The notes beneath the pieces are model-generated. The model saw only the letters and a list, made by a program, of their open reading frames with translations, was not told the origin of the DNA and searched no databases. The position numbers were made by a program, and so were the translations under genes. Shown piece by piece: positions 22,861 to 36,741 of a stretch of 64,000 nucleotides of DNA. Where the stretch lies: the NCBI GenBank assembly GCA_964252035.1, contig OZ176205.1; one strand, given 5' to 3'. The stretch comes from Podarcis erhardii. Its lineage: Eukaryota. Position 1 is the first letter of the stretch. Every line of letters begins with the position of its first letter.

Positions 22861-23444
22861 CTGAATGGGAGCAGCTTGACATCTCCTAGGGGAGATTAGA
22901 GAACCAACTTCTACTGCACAGAAAATGAACAAATAAATTGGATTTGAATATCTTTGTGGGGAAATCCTTACCTGTTAAATTACAGCTGAATTGCATCAAG
23001 TTCACAAACATTCTCAGGGTGTACAATTTGGCATAGCACTGGTTCCTCAGGATGTATCTTTTTGGTTACTTTGCATTTAATTCATTAGTTTTGTGTCCCT
23101 TTGGGATTTTAATGTCACAATCACAAATATGGATAGTTTTTAAAAAAACTTAGCAAAGCTTCATCATTCATACTTCCCAATTAAAGCCTTTTTATTTGTC
23201 TCGGGAGGCTATGTTCTACTCTAGTCTGCTCTATGTCTAGTTTAGCCATGCTCCTTGTATACCACCCTGGTATTTGCAAGAATGAAGAGTGGTGTTAAAT
23301 ACCTTAAATAAAATAATTGGTATGGCATGATATGATATGATCAGGCAATGTCCCCTGGAATGTGTTGGCACGCAGTGAGTGACACCCGCTCACATGTGGT
23401 AAAGCAAATTCAGTATTTAGAGTTGGACCCAACTTGGCGCTACC

Positions 23445-23814
23445 TAAAGGTAAAGGTAAAGGACCCCTGACAGTTAAGTCCAGTTGCGAACGACTCTGGG
23501 GTTGCAGTGCTCATCTCGCTTTACCGGTTGAGGGATCTGACTTTTGTCTGCAGACAGTTTTTCCGGGTCATGTGGCCAGCATGACTAAGCCGTTTCTGGT
23601 GAAACCAGAGTAATGCACGGAAACTCTGTTTACCTTCCTGCCGGAGTGGTACCTATTAATCTACTTGCACTTTGATGTGCTTTCGAACTGCTAGGTTGGC
23701 AGGAGCTGGGACCGAGCAACGGGAGCTCACCCCATCATGGGGATTTGAACCGCCAACCTTCTGATCGGCAAGCCCTAGGCTCAGTGGTTTAGACCACGGT
23801 GCCACCCGCATCCC
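23445..23814 (-). mobile_element. Full-length Sauria SINE
   Basis: (TAAAGG)n tail, the characteristic body, and a tRNA-like head (ggggatttgaaccgccaacc…gtggtttagaccac…gccacccgcatccc) on the minus strand. Confidence 0.95.
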
Positions 23815-26095
23815 CTAACCACCTGGAGCAAATCTGAAGACGGTGCAGGGTGTGTGCGGCGGCAGGGTGGGGAGTCAGACGATGTGAAGAACAAACGTGG
23901 CCCTGTGGTTCATGCTGGCTGGGGTGGTGGTAGTGATAATTTTTCTCCTTAACTAGAGTCTTACCTTCAAGTCTGTGTCATGTAACTCCACTGAGCCAAC
24001 CATCTTTCGACCAAACATTTGATTTCAATTTCTTGGAAATAAAAGATCAAGATAATGTCCAGAAAGTGTATCTGGCAATTGATAGGACAGTCTCTCTACC
24101 TAATATTTACATCAATGAATGGTAGGTGAATCTGTTCTCTAGTCTCCCAAAGCAGTTCCCCTCTGAGACACCATAGCAGTGAACTTAAAATGGCAACATT
24201 AGATTCATAGGGTTATTAAATAAATACATCTATAAAATAATAGTCCACTGTTGATGCATGAAGTGCTTGCTACAGTTTATTAACTGACAAAACCCAGATT
24301 GTTCTTTAATATTCCTAAAGCTGGTGTTAAGCACATTATGAGCAATTTTCACTTTCAATGGCAAACTGACCCTTTTCTTGGCCTTTGACCTAACCTTGGT
24401 CTGTTTCTGCAGCCATGAGGGACTTTGTAAAAACAGCAGCTCATGCATCACTGGGATCCCTTAACATAAGCATTGCAGACATTTTCTTCAGGATTTTCTC
24501 CTGCTGATTATTCCATCCCCTTAAGCTTCTTTTGAACCCGGATGTATCTCTTTATTTATCTCTATAGTCTCTTCTCTGTTTTCATGTGGGTTCTTTTGAG
24601 GAGCAGATGGGCATCTTGGTAAACCAGAGCCCTTTCACTGAGCATTAGGAAAGGCCACGCTGTGCTTTTATTAACAGCAGGGAAAGGTAGAGTAGTGCAG
24701 TAGTTAAAACAAGAAACAGGTCATCTCTGATTGTTTTGCAGATTTCTCTCTCTCCCATACCCCCTGCATATGCTTCTCCCTATATAAACTTATCAATGGA
24801 TGTGGAATTGTTCCAGAAAGGTAGAAATACAAAGGAATAGCATATGGCTCAGGTGACCAACCACAGCACACAAGTGCCCCTTTGGGCAAGGTCTTTCTTG
24901 TCTTTCCTAAACCTCAACAGCAAGGAGCAATCCTGTTCTAAAATAACACTGTCCTTCATCTCCTCACTCCCCCATATCCTCCTCCTCTTTTAGGAGATTG
25001 GGAATCCTTTCCTACAACCCCCTTAAAACCACCCTTTTCTAGATGCACCCCTTTCTGCATCTTCACAAAGCAGCTCTGCCTATGTGTGCCATCAGCCTGG
25101 GAGCTTTGATTATGTCTCTGCCCCACTCCCCACTCCTCTCCTGAGCCCTAGTAATCCCAGTGTTCCCAGGAATGTGGCGAGCTGGCACTGTGGGAGGCAC
25201 TGTGCAGGTGGCGCCTTCGCTCTTTCACTAGGAAGCACCCAGCAGCAACATGATTCCCCCCCCCCCGCTGGGCCTGCGCCCTTAGCAGGGCCAACCTAGC
25301 CAATGGCTAGGTACACCCCTGCATCCCACACTGAACAGGAAGGGTTGTAGGGGACCTATCTAAGCATATTTTTTGTGGATGTGCTCAGAATCCTCCATGT
25401 GAATGGGGAACTTGCATGGTTAGGGTTCCTGGTTACCAGGAGGATTCTAAGCATGTTTGGGTGAATGCACTTAGAATCCTCCTTCAGACTTTCCTGTTTA
25501 GTGTGTATGTGTGCTTGTTTGTGTGGTACATCTGGTACATGTAGGGATGTTGGGAGTGAAGGTAGTGTGTGCTTCCCTGTTTATGGCAAGCTGTGCTTAC
25601 TGCAAAGCATGGAAAGGAGAAGGAAATCTGTTCAGAAGCAAGGGAGAAGGAGGGAGAAGTGCATGAGCCAGGGGCATGTTTTTGATCTTCAATATGGTTC
25701 AAAGTGCTTCTCTTTCTCTTTTGACTCTTGAGTAAGAATTCTCTTCTAAACTGAAAAAGGTCTGCATTTTAGTTAATCTAACTTCAAAGAGTGGTAGCTG
25801 ACCCTGTTTTTCCAACCAAGGAGGTCCTGGATCACAAGTACTCCTGTGCAATGTTGCTCTTATATTCATATCCATTAAAAGGGGCAGCAAGTCTCTGCAG
25901 TATAGGATGGTATTCAACTAAACCTTACTCAAAGAAGACCCATTTGGGTTGGGTAGAGGGAGACCTCCACCTCATAACAGCAGATGGGTGGGGATGTGTG
26001 TACTGCAGCCTTAATAAGAAGAATACTCATTTCAGGTCCTGGTTCCATGCATTTATTTCTTCAGCATATACCCCAAGAGGAAAAGGGGAAAGAGA

Positions 26096-26149
<54 letters not shown>
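26096..26149. repeat. (TCTA)n microsatellite
   Basis: About 13 tandem units. Confidence 0.97.
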
Positions 26150-27594
26150 GAGAATAACTTTTGTTTTACCTCCCAGTCCTAAATCCCGTTATTGGAAAAC
26201 ACTGAATCTGAATGGAGCTGGCTTTCGCATGTGCATGCCTAGGACTAGGCCCTTAGATGAAAACACTCTTCCCCCCATGAAACCATTTGTACCCCCCACC
26301 TTCTGCTCAATTCATAACAGCAAACTTGTGTTTTCAGAGCCCCAGATGGGGCTTATTTTTTCTCCTCCTGCAAGCTAATGGTATCTTGCTGAGACCAACT
26401 GGGCATGCAAAAATCTGGGCAAACCTCACAGCAGTGGTCTTGTGACCCAGAGGATTCATGCGAGATGGGTTGACTCAGATGATGGAGCATCTAAGGAGTG
26501 CAGAGGGTTTTAGTGATTACAAGGAGACATGTTTGTTTACCAATTGCTCAATAATTTACAATGCTATCATTTGAGGTAGACCAGAAATAGCCTTTGAATA
26601 TAGATCCCTTCAGCCAGATGAAGAATGCCAATGAAATGAAACAACCTCAAGTTCTTTCTAACATTGCAATAGATTATTAGGTGATTATGCAGTGTTTGTA
26701 CCACTAATGTAAGAGATCTCCCCCACATACTGGTTTCCATTAAACATTTTCTTGTTGACAGAGCCTCAATTAAATTAACAGGATAGGTGTGTCAGTGTCA
26801 TAACAAGTCCATGCCTACCCCACTTTTGATGATGACCCCTGCAGTGGGACTAGCATTTACTGGGGCCAAGGCCCACCTCTGTGAAATCTGTGGGTAGGAA
26901 GACACCCCACCTAGGGAATCTGCAGACAGAGGCCTGACTGATCACACACCCCAGCTACAAACCCTCCATAACATCTCCCTGATTCCCAGGAACAGAGGCA
27001 GCAATGAGTTCAAGTCAAAATCCAGACCAATAAACAAACCTCATGTTTGTCAGCCCTGTTTGATAGGAAGAATCAACCTATATCGAGACCATCTTAGGGT
27101 GCCCTGTCATCTGAGACATAAGGAGTGGTAATTCTCCATCTATGGGGAGTTCCACCTGGTGCCCACACTAGTATGTTTCCAACATCAGATGGAAAGCATT
27201 TTATCATCCCAGGTTTTGAACCTTTCAGCTGTTTTGTTACTGTTTCACTTTTTAAAAACATGTTTTGTTTAGGGAGGTATATAAATAAAAAATACTCTTG
27301 ATCAAGAGTGCTCCACTGGTGCTCCAGGACGGTGGTGAGTGGGCAGAACCATCCTTTCACTTGCCTTAGAGCTGTTGTGGGTGCTGCCTTTCTTTCTACT
27401 TAGACCCTAGTCTTGTGTTTCATTTCTGATGGTTTGGCATGGAACTGCTCCATGCCTTGCTGGACAGCTACCTGGTCTCCCTCACAAGACTAGAACTCCA
27501 AGTCATGCAGCTCAGTATTGATGGGAGATAGCAATAAAGGTAACTTTGCCAAGCAAGCTGATGAGCATATCCATTTGCTATACCTTTACCTTTA

Positions 27595-27837
27595 AGCCAG
27601 CGTGGTGTAGTGGCTAAGAGCGGTGGACTCATAATTTGGTGAACCAGGTTCGCTTCCCCGCTCCTCCACATGCAGCTGCTAGTGTGGGCTAGTCACACTT
27701 CTTTGAAATCTCTCAGCCGCATTCACCTCACAGAGTGTTTGTTGTGGCGGAGGAAGGGGAAAGAGTTTGTTAGCCGCTTTGAAGACTCCTTAAGGGGATT
27801 GAAAGGTGGGATATAAAGTCCAAACTCTTCTTCTTCT
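27595..27837 (+). mobile_element. tRNA-derived MIR-like SINE (Squam3-type), full length
   Basis: agccagcgtggtgtagtggctaagagcgg (A box)…ggttcgcttccc (B box)…ctcacagagtgtttgttgtgg…(TTC)n tail. Confidence 0.92.
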
Positions 27838-28099
27838 TTAAGGTTTTTCTAAGCTGTCTGATTATGCATAGTTCTCACAAATGTTCATATTTAGTAATTT
27901 AGCAGATTTATATTGTTCAACCTTCTGGATTGAAAGTATTTCTCAATTGCTGAGAGTTTGCAGACAAACATCTCAAGAACTTTGGTTAGTAAGCGGGGTA
28001 TAAATACTCCTATAAATAAATAAATCCTACGGATTACAACAGATCATGCCTAGGAATAATACCACTGTGCATTTGCAAATCTATTTCATTGTTTGGGGA

Positions 28100-28235
28100 A
28101 GGGGTGGCCACTGCAGTACCCTTTAGATATTGCTGGATGACAACTCCCATCATCCCTGACCATTGTTCATGCTGGCTGGAGCTGAGGGGAATTGGAGCTT
28201 TAGAACATAGGGAGAGCACCCTGTTGGCTACCCTT
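28100..28235. mobile_element. Short hAT-derived MITE
   Basis: Ends agggtggcca…tggctaccct. Internal gacaactcccatcatccctgaccattg core. Confidence 0.65.
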
Positions 28236-30549
28236 CATTTAGAACTTGAACTCTCCTTAGAAGGCTGCCCTGATTTTGGCAGCTGAACCTCTGAAAATCA
28301 GGTTCAGAGCTGTTTGCTAAATGCATCACCTACCCCGAAGGTATCGTTTTCAGCAGATGTGTTTTCTTTGAGCCCAAAGTAACCTTCCTCTCTGTCTCAT
28401 CTTACCAAAGCTCTTAATGCAGAATCTTCCTCCACTCCACTCCACTCCATTCCACTCCACTCTCTCCTGCCCCCTACTATGTCAGAAGCTCTCTATGAGT
28501 TGATGAATCCATGCACAGTGGTAGGTTATATTCATTTGTCTTCCTCTTCACTTCATTTATCACAATGAGGGCTCTGTTGTGGAGAATCCTGATGGAAAGC
28601 CTGCTTATTTTGCTGGCTGGCTGGAATGCAGCATTTCAATCAGCTGATTGCTTATTATTGCTACCTTGCCAGAAAAGCTGGCAGGACACAGAAGGGCACA
28701 GGAATCTTCATTTGATACTCTGCTTGTCTAGAAGAGTGATAATAGCACTTGCATATCTGTCCCACTAGAGACGCTACAGAGCCGTGTTGCCAGACTTGTA
28801 AAGATAATCTGCTTTCAGCCTCACCTCCTTCAGTCCACTGGGCGTTTTGCACCATGTGCAATTCTGCATGAGATAAGAAGACATAAGCAATGCTGCTAAA
28901 CATTAGGCTACTTTGTATACAGCCACCTCTTCTCCCCCAAGGTAAGGTAAGCCAAGATTTAATGCAGTGGAGAAGCTCCACCTCCTTCCCCAACCCAACA
29001 CCCACCAAGTCCAAAAGCTCTAGGCAGATGCTTTGATGTTGCCCTTTGAATCTCACACACAGCAATTTAGGATCAGAAACTGGTGTACAATGGGGTTGAC
29101 TTCTGAGAAAACTGGCATAGGATTGCATTGTCATAATATTTCTGGTCTAGATCACTTTCACACATGTTCTCCAGCAGTAGGCAGCATGGTGGGGCAGTGC
29201 CACTCACCTGACCGCTTCCAGCTGAGTTGTGGCTGTATGGGGAGAGGATGGGGTGAGGCAGTGGTGAGATTGCCATGAGGCAAATGCACCAGAGGAGCCA
29301 ACCTGTCATTCCTGCTGGCCTGTTTGCACTGCACCACAAACCTTGCCTTTCCCACTCTTGGTATAAAACAGTAGCTCAACCAGAGGGAGTTCAGGTGAGT
29401 GGCACAGTCCACCATGCTGTCTGCAACTGGTGTTCACCTGTCTGCCTGTTTCACCTCATTTCCATATTCACTTGCCTTTTTGCAACATGATGCACTGTTG
29501 ATTGCATCTGAGCGTTTCAAAAAGTGTTATCTTTGCAGAAATGTATTCCTGAAACTTGGTTTGCAAGATAACAGGAACCGGGACATGGGGGAGAGATATG
29601 CGCTTCACAAGGGAGAATCAACAGGGAGAGATAGTTCTTAATCCTCCCATGTCTGACCAGTCTCTTCTGCCATTTCCCCACTGCCATTTTCCTTCTGCAT
29701 GGCTTTACTTCCAGTTTTGGAAGCTGGCATAAAAACCTATGTCAAGCAGTCCCCCTCTGAAGGAAATGCAGGGCTGGGAATCCTGTGTTTCCTGCTGCAG
29801 ATCCAGTCCCAAATAATTGCATCCATTCTCTGTGTTGGACACTGAATGCATTTGCACCTAATGCCAAATAAATAAATAACCCCCTGAGCTTCTCTCAAGA
29901 GGTATGACCCACTATGAGTTAGGCTGGCAATTTCTATGATTCATTGGATACCTATAGACACAGCATTCTAAGCACATCCAGGGGTGCAGTATACAAATAG
30001 CTTACCAACTGCCTTAAAAGTAATATTGGATAACAGATCTCTTTGTCATTTCAGCTGGGATCAAGAGAATTTATTGAAGGCACCATGCTGCTTCAGAGTT
30101 TTTCTTAGCATATAAAACAAATAGGTTCCACCCAGCAATGGACACTGCAGGTTTATCATCTTGTTGACAGGTAATTTTCTCCACTGAAAATATATCCCAG
30201 ACTTATGAGGGCCCATTTTCTACTGAGCGGAATGAGGTTGTTTCACCAGTGGCTGCAAGGAACAGTATTTGGGGATTTGTTCCAAAAAGTCTCAGACCAA
30301 TGAAAGTCCAATTGGTCATTAATATTATTGATATATTTTTGGATCAACTGTCCTGAATAAGCAAGAGTTCTAAGATCTACACCGAAGATAGATTCTATGA
30401 GACAGACAGATAAATTACAGCTCTGAACCTTGGTAATATTTATTTTTGATAAATTAATATGTAATTAGAATATGACATGGCCATTTGGGTTTTCTAATTC
30501 TTCAGGAAGACAGTGAACATGGCCCAGGAAAAAAATATACCACGCTATG

Positions 30550-31142
30550 AATAATAATAATATAATAATTTATTATTTGTACCCCGCCTATCTGGCTGAA
30601 TTTCCCCAGCTGCTCTGGGCGGCTTCCAACAAAGATTAAAAATACATGTCACACATTAAAAACTTCCCTAAACTTCCCAGGGCTGCCTTCAGATGTCTTC
30701 TAAATGTCAGGTAGTTGTTTATCCCTTTGACATCTGATGGGAGGGCATTCCACAGGGTGGGCACCACTACTGAGAAGGCCCTCTGCCTGGTTCCCTGTAA
30801 CTTGGCTTCTCGCAGTGAGGGAACCACCAGAAGGCCCTCGGCGCTGGACCTCAGTGTCTGAGCAGAACAATGGGGGCGGAGATGCTCCTTCAGGTATATT
30901 AGGCCGAGGCCATTTAGGGCTTTAAAGGTCAGCACCAACACTTTGAATTGTGCTCGGAAACGTACTGGGAGCCAATGTAGGTCTTTCAGGACTGGTGTTA
31001 TATGGTCTCGGCTGCTCCCAGTCACCAGTCTAGCTGCTGCATTTTGGATTAGTTGTAGTTTCTGGGTCACCTTCAAAGGTAGCCCCATGTAGAGCGCATT
31101 GCAGTAGTCCAAGCGGCAGATAATTAGAGCATGTACCACTCT
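30550..31142 (-). mobile_element. 5'-truncated L2-clade LINE
   Basis: ORF 30636-31139 (RLDYCNALYMGLP…LQLIQNAAARLVTG…HITPVLKDLHWLPV…RAFSVVVPTLWNALP) is the L2 RT C-terminal region. (TTA)n-type tail. Confidence 0.95.
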
Positions 31143-31366
31143 AGCAAGGTGCTCTGGTTATTAAGCACACACTCAAAGCCCTACCTCCTTTCGGCTTTGT
31201 TCCTCATTAGATTATTTGTTTGTGTGTAGGGTTGCACTGAATAATCATGTGTTTTGATTTGGGTGTGCCTGAAAGTAATGCTTTTGAGTGGGGAGTGGGG
31301 ATGTGTAGTTTTCCTTGGACCCCCCCCCCATTTGCTGCTTTTACCTTTTGGCTGCAAATAGTGATA

Positions 31367-31692
31367 CAGTGGTGCCCCGCAAGACGAACGCCTCGCAAGA
31401 CGGAAAACCCGCTAGATGAAAGGGTTTTCCGTTTTGGAGGCACTTCGCAAAACGAATTTCCCTATGGGCTTGCTTCGCAAGACAAAATGTCTTGCGAGTT
31501 CCTGCGGGTTTTTCCCCCTCCCCCCTTTTCCTAAGCCGCTAAGCCGCTTATCAGCTGATCCGCTAAAAGCCGCTAAACCGCTAATAGCGCTAATCCGCTA
31601 AGCTGTCAATGGGCTTGCTTCGCAAGACAAAAAAAAACGCTATACGAAGAGCCTCACGGAACGGATTAATTTCGTCTTGCGAGGCACCACTG
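31367..31692. mobile_element. Tigger-like MITE (second family)
   Basis: TA|CAGTGGTGCCCCGCAAGACGAA … TTCGTCTTGCGAGGCACCACTG|TA. Confidence 0.92.
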
Positions 31693-34600
31693 TATTAGCC
31701 AGTTGTGGACTGCTCAATGTGGAGAGCAGAGGGGAATGAACATGAATTCACTTCCAAATTTGGCCAGACCCAGTTCAAATTAGCCTGTGGCCCATTCACC
31801 ATCATAAATATGTACAAACACTATGTGACTCTAGGTCCTATTTCCATGTGCTAGCTTTGCTCAGGCCAGAGCTGTTTGTGGAGCTGGGAGAGGCATTTAG
31901 GATAGATGGTTTTCTCTTCCTCTGAGATCAGTACCCAGCTCAGGCTCTCTTCAGTCTGGAGCTTCAGTTATTGGACAAAGAGGAAGAGGAGCCAGAAGCT
32001 GCAAAATTGGGCAATCACCCACTACCACCAGTTCCTCAGAGAATGGCAGCTGCAACCAGCACCATCCACAGAGTGCTGTCCAGGGTCCTGACAGCCTCTG
32101 CCCTGTCTGTTGTTATCCTATCTTGCCTGATGTGCCCCTACCCAACTAGTTAGTGCTTCTGTAGCAGTCTCCTTCCTCAGAATTCTGATAGGAAAGGACA
32201 TTTGCCCCCTTTCAAAAAGGCCCCCTGAAAACCTGTTCCATGCGTATTGGGTGGGATTCATCTGCAGCACTTTGCATTATGAATTTTCCAGAAAGTCTCT
32301 ATAAAAACTAGAGTCACTTCAAATTGGAAAATGAAAAAAGAAAAGCAGCCGTTCCTTTGTAGTTTTCTTTGGGAGCAAAAAAATAGCCAAGCCAACTGAG
32401 TGTTTGCATTAAACCTGAATTTCAGTTGACTGACACTAACATGGGGCCAAATCCTGTGATATTCATAAGGCAATTTGCCAGGGCTCCTAAGGCAAAACAT
32501 AACATTAACTCTATCTCTCCAGAGGAGGAATTAGTTGAGGTGCCTTTTCTTCTAGGCATTGGTTTAGAAGCAGGGAATAGGACTTGTGTTCCTCGATCTC
32601 CAAGTTAGAACTTTTAAAATGATGGCCTAACACATAAGGAAATTTCTGATCCCGTTTGGGGCACATTCATAATCTCAGTTTATTATTATATGAAATGTAT
32701 ACTTGATCCAACTATGGTAAGCTAGAATACCTCTGGGTGCATTAGTAAGATTGGGGAACCTCTTCTGGTCACTGTGCCTTTAAAATAAAACTCAGCACCA
32801 TCCCAGTGCAGGAATGTGAATTTTGATTATATTTCATAATGAGTTTTGAAAAAGATCTGGAGCCAAATTATAGGTAACAAAAAGCTGGGGAGATAAATGA
32901 CCCAAACAAGAAATTAAATTGGCTTTTGTGCAATTGGTTGCATAGTGAAGCCTCGTTAATACATTTTGCAGAACGACGGGCCATTTGTCATCTGAACCTT
33001 ATTCTTAGGGAAAAAAATCATTTCCTCCTCTTTATTTTGTTCAAAACTCAGTTTCTCTGGGCCAGATCCTCAGTTTCAACATGCTGCTTTACAACCACCA
33101 AAGAACATGCTATTTTAGTTTTAATTATGCTTTAAACTGTAAGTAGCTTTTGAGTTGAAATTTATGCTGGTACAAAAATATATTTTAAGGAAACCTAATT
33201 GTTTTTAAAACTGTGCTAATATTATTCCTCTTATTATCACCACTTATTGTTTTCTTTTCTTTTTCTTGGGACTGACGCCTGCCCCTTCTTTGTTTTGGCA
33301 AACTGAAATCTTATTCTTTTCCATTTCCATAATTTCCCTTCCCTTCTTGCTTTGACATAAATTGCCCATAAGCTACTACCATCCTCCCTCTTGGAGTATT
33401 CTCTCTCCCTCTTGTTCCTACCTTCATTCTGTCTGAATCAATGGTGGCAAATTTGCTTTATGACAACTTAGACAAACCTATGATGGATCAGAGAGGGCTT
33501 CAAAGTAGGCCGAAGCCTGCTAAAGTCAAGAGCACCTGACACGTTTGTTAAAGACCTCATTGACCTCTGACCCTCAGGTTGCTTTAGTATTGATCTTTAG
33601 GGTCTTGGGCTCAATTGCACTGGAACAGCATGCTTGGCAGGGAGAGGAGAACTTTATAATAGGAATGGATCGATGGGGAATGATTTAGAGCAAGGTAACT
33701 TTAAGGCTTGTTGTGAAAGTTAAGCAGTAATTGAGTTTGTGGATGTGGAGCTCTTTCAGATGGGTATAGTGCCTGTTTCATAAGCAGCTTTTGGAAAAGC
33801 TTCAGTGAGAGGATTGTCCAATAGATACCAAACACAACAACAACAACAACAACTTATTTGTAAACTCTCTTGTGAACCTTTTAGTGAAATGTTATATAAA
33901 AATGGCTTCAACAAATAAGTAAAGATGATTTGCATAATATCTCCAAAGGACAAATCTTAAAGCTCAGATCAATAATATAAGAACACTTTCTACATCAACA
34001 CCTTCCATGGATCTTCTGGGAAAGTTCTAAGGCAAATATTCAGCCCATGTGGGCATGTTGGTTCTCCTGTGTGAATTGCACATGTGCCATAGAACATTTC
34101 CCTGTAGCTAAATAGTCCAGCGGAAGAGTGGCATGAGTGGGCATCTGAGACACATGAGGGTTCCCTTGAATATGGCATGTGATTGGACAGCAAAACCTAA
34201 GTCTCATGTAGAACCTTGTTATCTTGCAATGATATTTAACTAGGAGCGAGTCCATGGCAGACAACAGAACTGAAACAGGGTTTTTGTCAAATTTGAAACT
34301 GAAAATTCACCTTTGGAATCATACTTTGAGCTTGAGCACTGAAATTCAGAGGATTAGATAATTCATTTGTGCTTCAACTCCAGCTGGTAGTTTTATCCAT
34401 ATCTGATGTAATACTACATTATGATAAAAACTAGCAAAGGTGAGAGGTGCTTTAGAGCACATTAGTCTTTAAGAGCCAATAGGCACAGATGCATTAGACT
34501 GCTTCATCCCTGTCTAATATTTATTAAGCCAAAAAAAGGGGGGGAAGCCTTGGTGTTATGGCAACTCAATACAGCTCCTGCTATTAAACCTTTACTCAGA

Positions 34601-35002
34601 GGTGGGGAACAGCCAGCCAGGTTTGTGTGTGTTTATATATGCGGATTATAAAGTGTGGGGATTAGTATAGAGTGATTACAGCATTTCAACTGTATATTAA
34701 GTGCCTGAAACAATATCCAAGCAGTCAAGAGTGCTGTATGCATTATGGTTGAGTGTCATAGCTGACATTTCTAATATCCATTATTCAAAAATTGATTCCA
34801 TGCCTGACTATCATGCATCATCCAGCCACAATATAGGACAAGTAATACATGGCAGCACCTCAATCTCGGCTAAGAGCTTTGCAAACATTATCTAGTTCAT
34901 CCTGCCCAAGTTTAATGTCTCTTCAGTGAATCAGGTAAGTGTAGCTCCACACTTTAGGGATGACAGCAGAAGTCAGGTGCTTTTCCCCCTCATGCCTAAC
35001 CT

Positions 35003-35690
35003 TCCGGGTGTATGCTGCCACATACACCCGGACAACACCATTACTGGCCCCAACAACATCACACATACCATCTCGGGACTATTTAATTGCTCATCGTCTA
35101 ACATTGTGTATGCCATAAAATGCCAACAGTGTCCTTCAGCTCTCTATATTGGACAAACAGGCCAGACCTTACGCCAAAGAATAAACGGACATAAATCCGA
35201 CATCAGGAACCACAAGACAGAAAAACCAGTAGGAGAACACTTCAATCTCCCAGGACATTCTATACAAGATCTCAAAGTAGCTGTTCTATTACAAAGGAAT
35301 TTCAGAAATAGACTGGAAAGAGAAGCTGCTGAATTGCAACTTATCACCAAACTTAAAACTATAGAGAGACCTGGTTTGAACAAAGACATTGGATTCTTAT
35401 CTCATTATACATGACAAAGCCATTTTTCACCTTCTCACCCCTTGCTTTTTCCTGTTAGACCTATTGCAGTCGTTAAGAGTCGTCAACAGGCTCATCGCAG
35501 CTATCTGCCAATCACCCATTCCCACCACCCTTCTGAGTAATACCCCTCCCCACCTTCTCACTATATAGAAAGGTCCGGTGACTTCTGTTTCAGTGTATCT
35601 GAAGAAGTGTGCATGCACACGAAAGCTCATACCTAGAACTAACTCAGTTGGTCTTTAAGGTGCTACTGGAAGGAATTTTTTTATTTTGTT
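35003..35690 (+). mobile_element. 5'-truncated Penelope-like element (GIY-YIG endonuclease and 3' pseudo-LTR)
   Basis: The ORF to 35414 contains NIVYAIKCQQCPSALYIGQTGQTLRQRINGHKSDI…VGEHFNLPGHS…REAAELQLI…PGLN, the PLE GIY-YIG domain. It is followed by the usual 3' region with a hammerhead motif. Confidence 0.93.
35595..35632 (+). ncRNA. Minimal type-I hammerhead ribozyme motif within the Penelope 3' region
   Basis: GUAU-CUGAAGA-A-[GUGUGC au GCACAC]-GAAA-GCUC|AUAC. Core CUGANGA and GAAA are present, stem II is palindromic, stem III is the self-complementary AGCU, and stem I is GUAU/AUAC. Predicted cleavage after 35628. Confidence 0.8.
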
Positions 35691-36203
35691 TCTTCATAAA
35701 TGCATTAGTGCTGCGATTAAGAACTTCATTCACTTTTGTTTCATGCCTTGTGATAACAGCGGGGCAGTGGTTAGAAGGATTCCTAGGCATTTGGAGGCAA
35801 TGGTATAAGGCTTCCCTGTCCTACTGCATTGCCCTTCAGACCAGCTCCATATCCACCTGTATTCTCCTCTGAATTCCATTGTCCTCTCCAGTCCTTCTTT
35901 TGCTCTTCCATGGTCCATAGCACCCTGCCTAGAGCACAGGTAGCCAACTATAGAAGCCCCATCTTCCCTGGTCACTGGCTATGCAGGCTGAGGCTGAAGG
36001 GAGTTGAACAACATGTGGAAGTCATGTTTGCTTACCTGGTCTACAGTATACTGTAATCCCTATCTTGCTTTGCACCTCAGGGATGAAACTTGCAGCAGCA
36101 GTGGGATAAATACCCTGGGCAGATGTTGCATTTGTCCAAGAATGGGACCATTTCTGGAATGAATAGTGCTCAACTGCTCTGTAATAGTAAAAAATCAGTT
36201 CCA

Positions 36204-36235
<32 letters not shown>

Positions 36236-36741
36236 GCAGTTGCTATATCCCACTTTTTGCTAATAGTAAACACAAAGCCTCCTTCAAGTTAAAAACAAGT
36301 CTCATCCATTGTATGCTATGTGACCTATAACTCAGCATTGTATGCTGCATTCACAGTGATTCATTTATTATAAGCATTGCTGGAATATTCCCTCTAAGCC
36401 ACCAGGTATTGGTGAAATAAATACTATGTTAGTATGAATATTGGTTTGATTAATAAGCTAGTAATGAGTAATAACGTTGAATCAATATGAATTAACAAGA
36501 CATTATCACTTTATCATGAAGTACTGCACAATATTTCCCTACTTTGGATGTATGAGTTTTTTGAAAACTCAGAGTGAGTCTGGTCCAATCAGTAAGTTAC
36601 ATGGAGAAAGGTGATGTGTTAGAATTGGGCTGGGAAGATGAACTGAAATCTCAGCTATGAACTGTTTTGCTGGACTGAGTCATTATTCCTCCTGGGCTTC
36701 AGCTGCTTGTTTGTAGAACAGTAAGAGTAGTGCATAGGAGC

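Noticed and set aside
25791-26378. 195-aa ORF
   Set aside because: It stays open partly because it crosses the (TCTA)n microsatellite (SIYL repeats) and has no domain signature.
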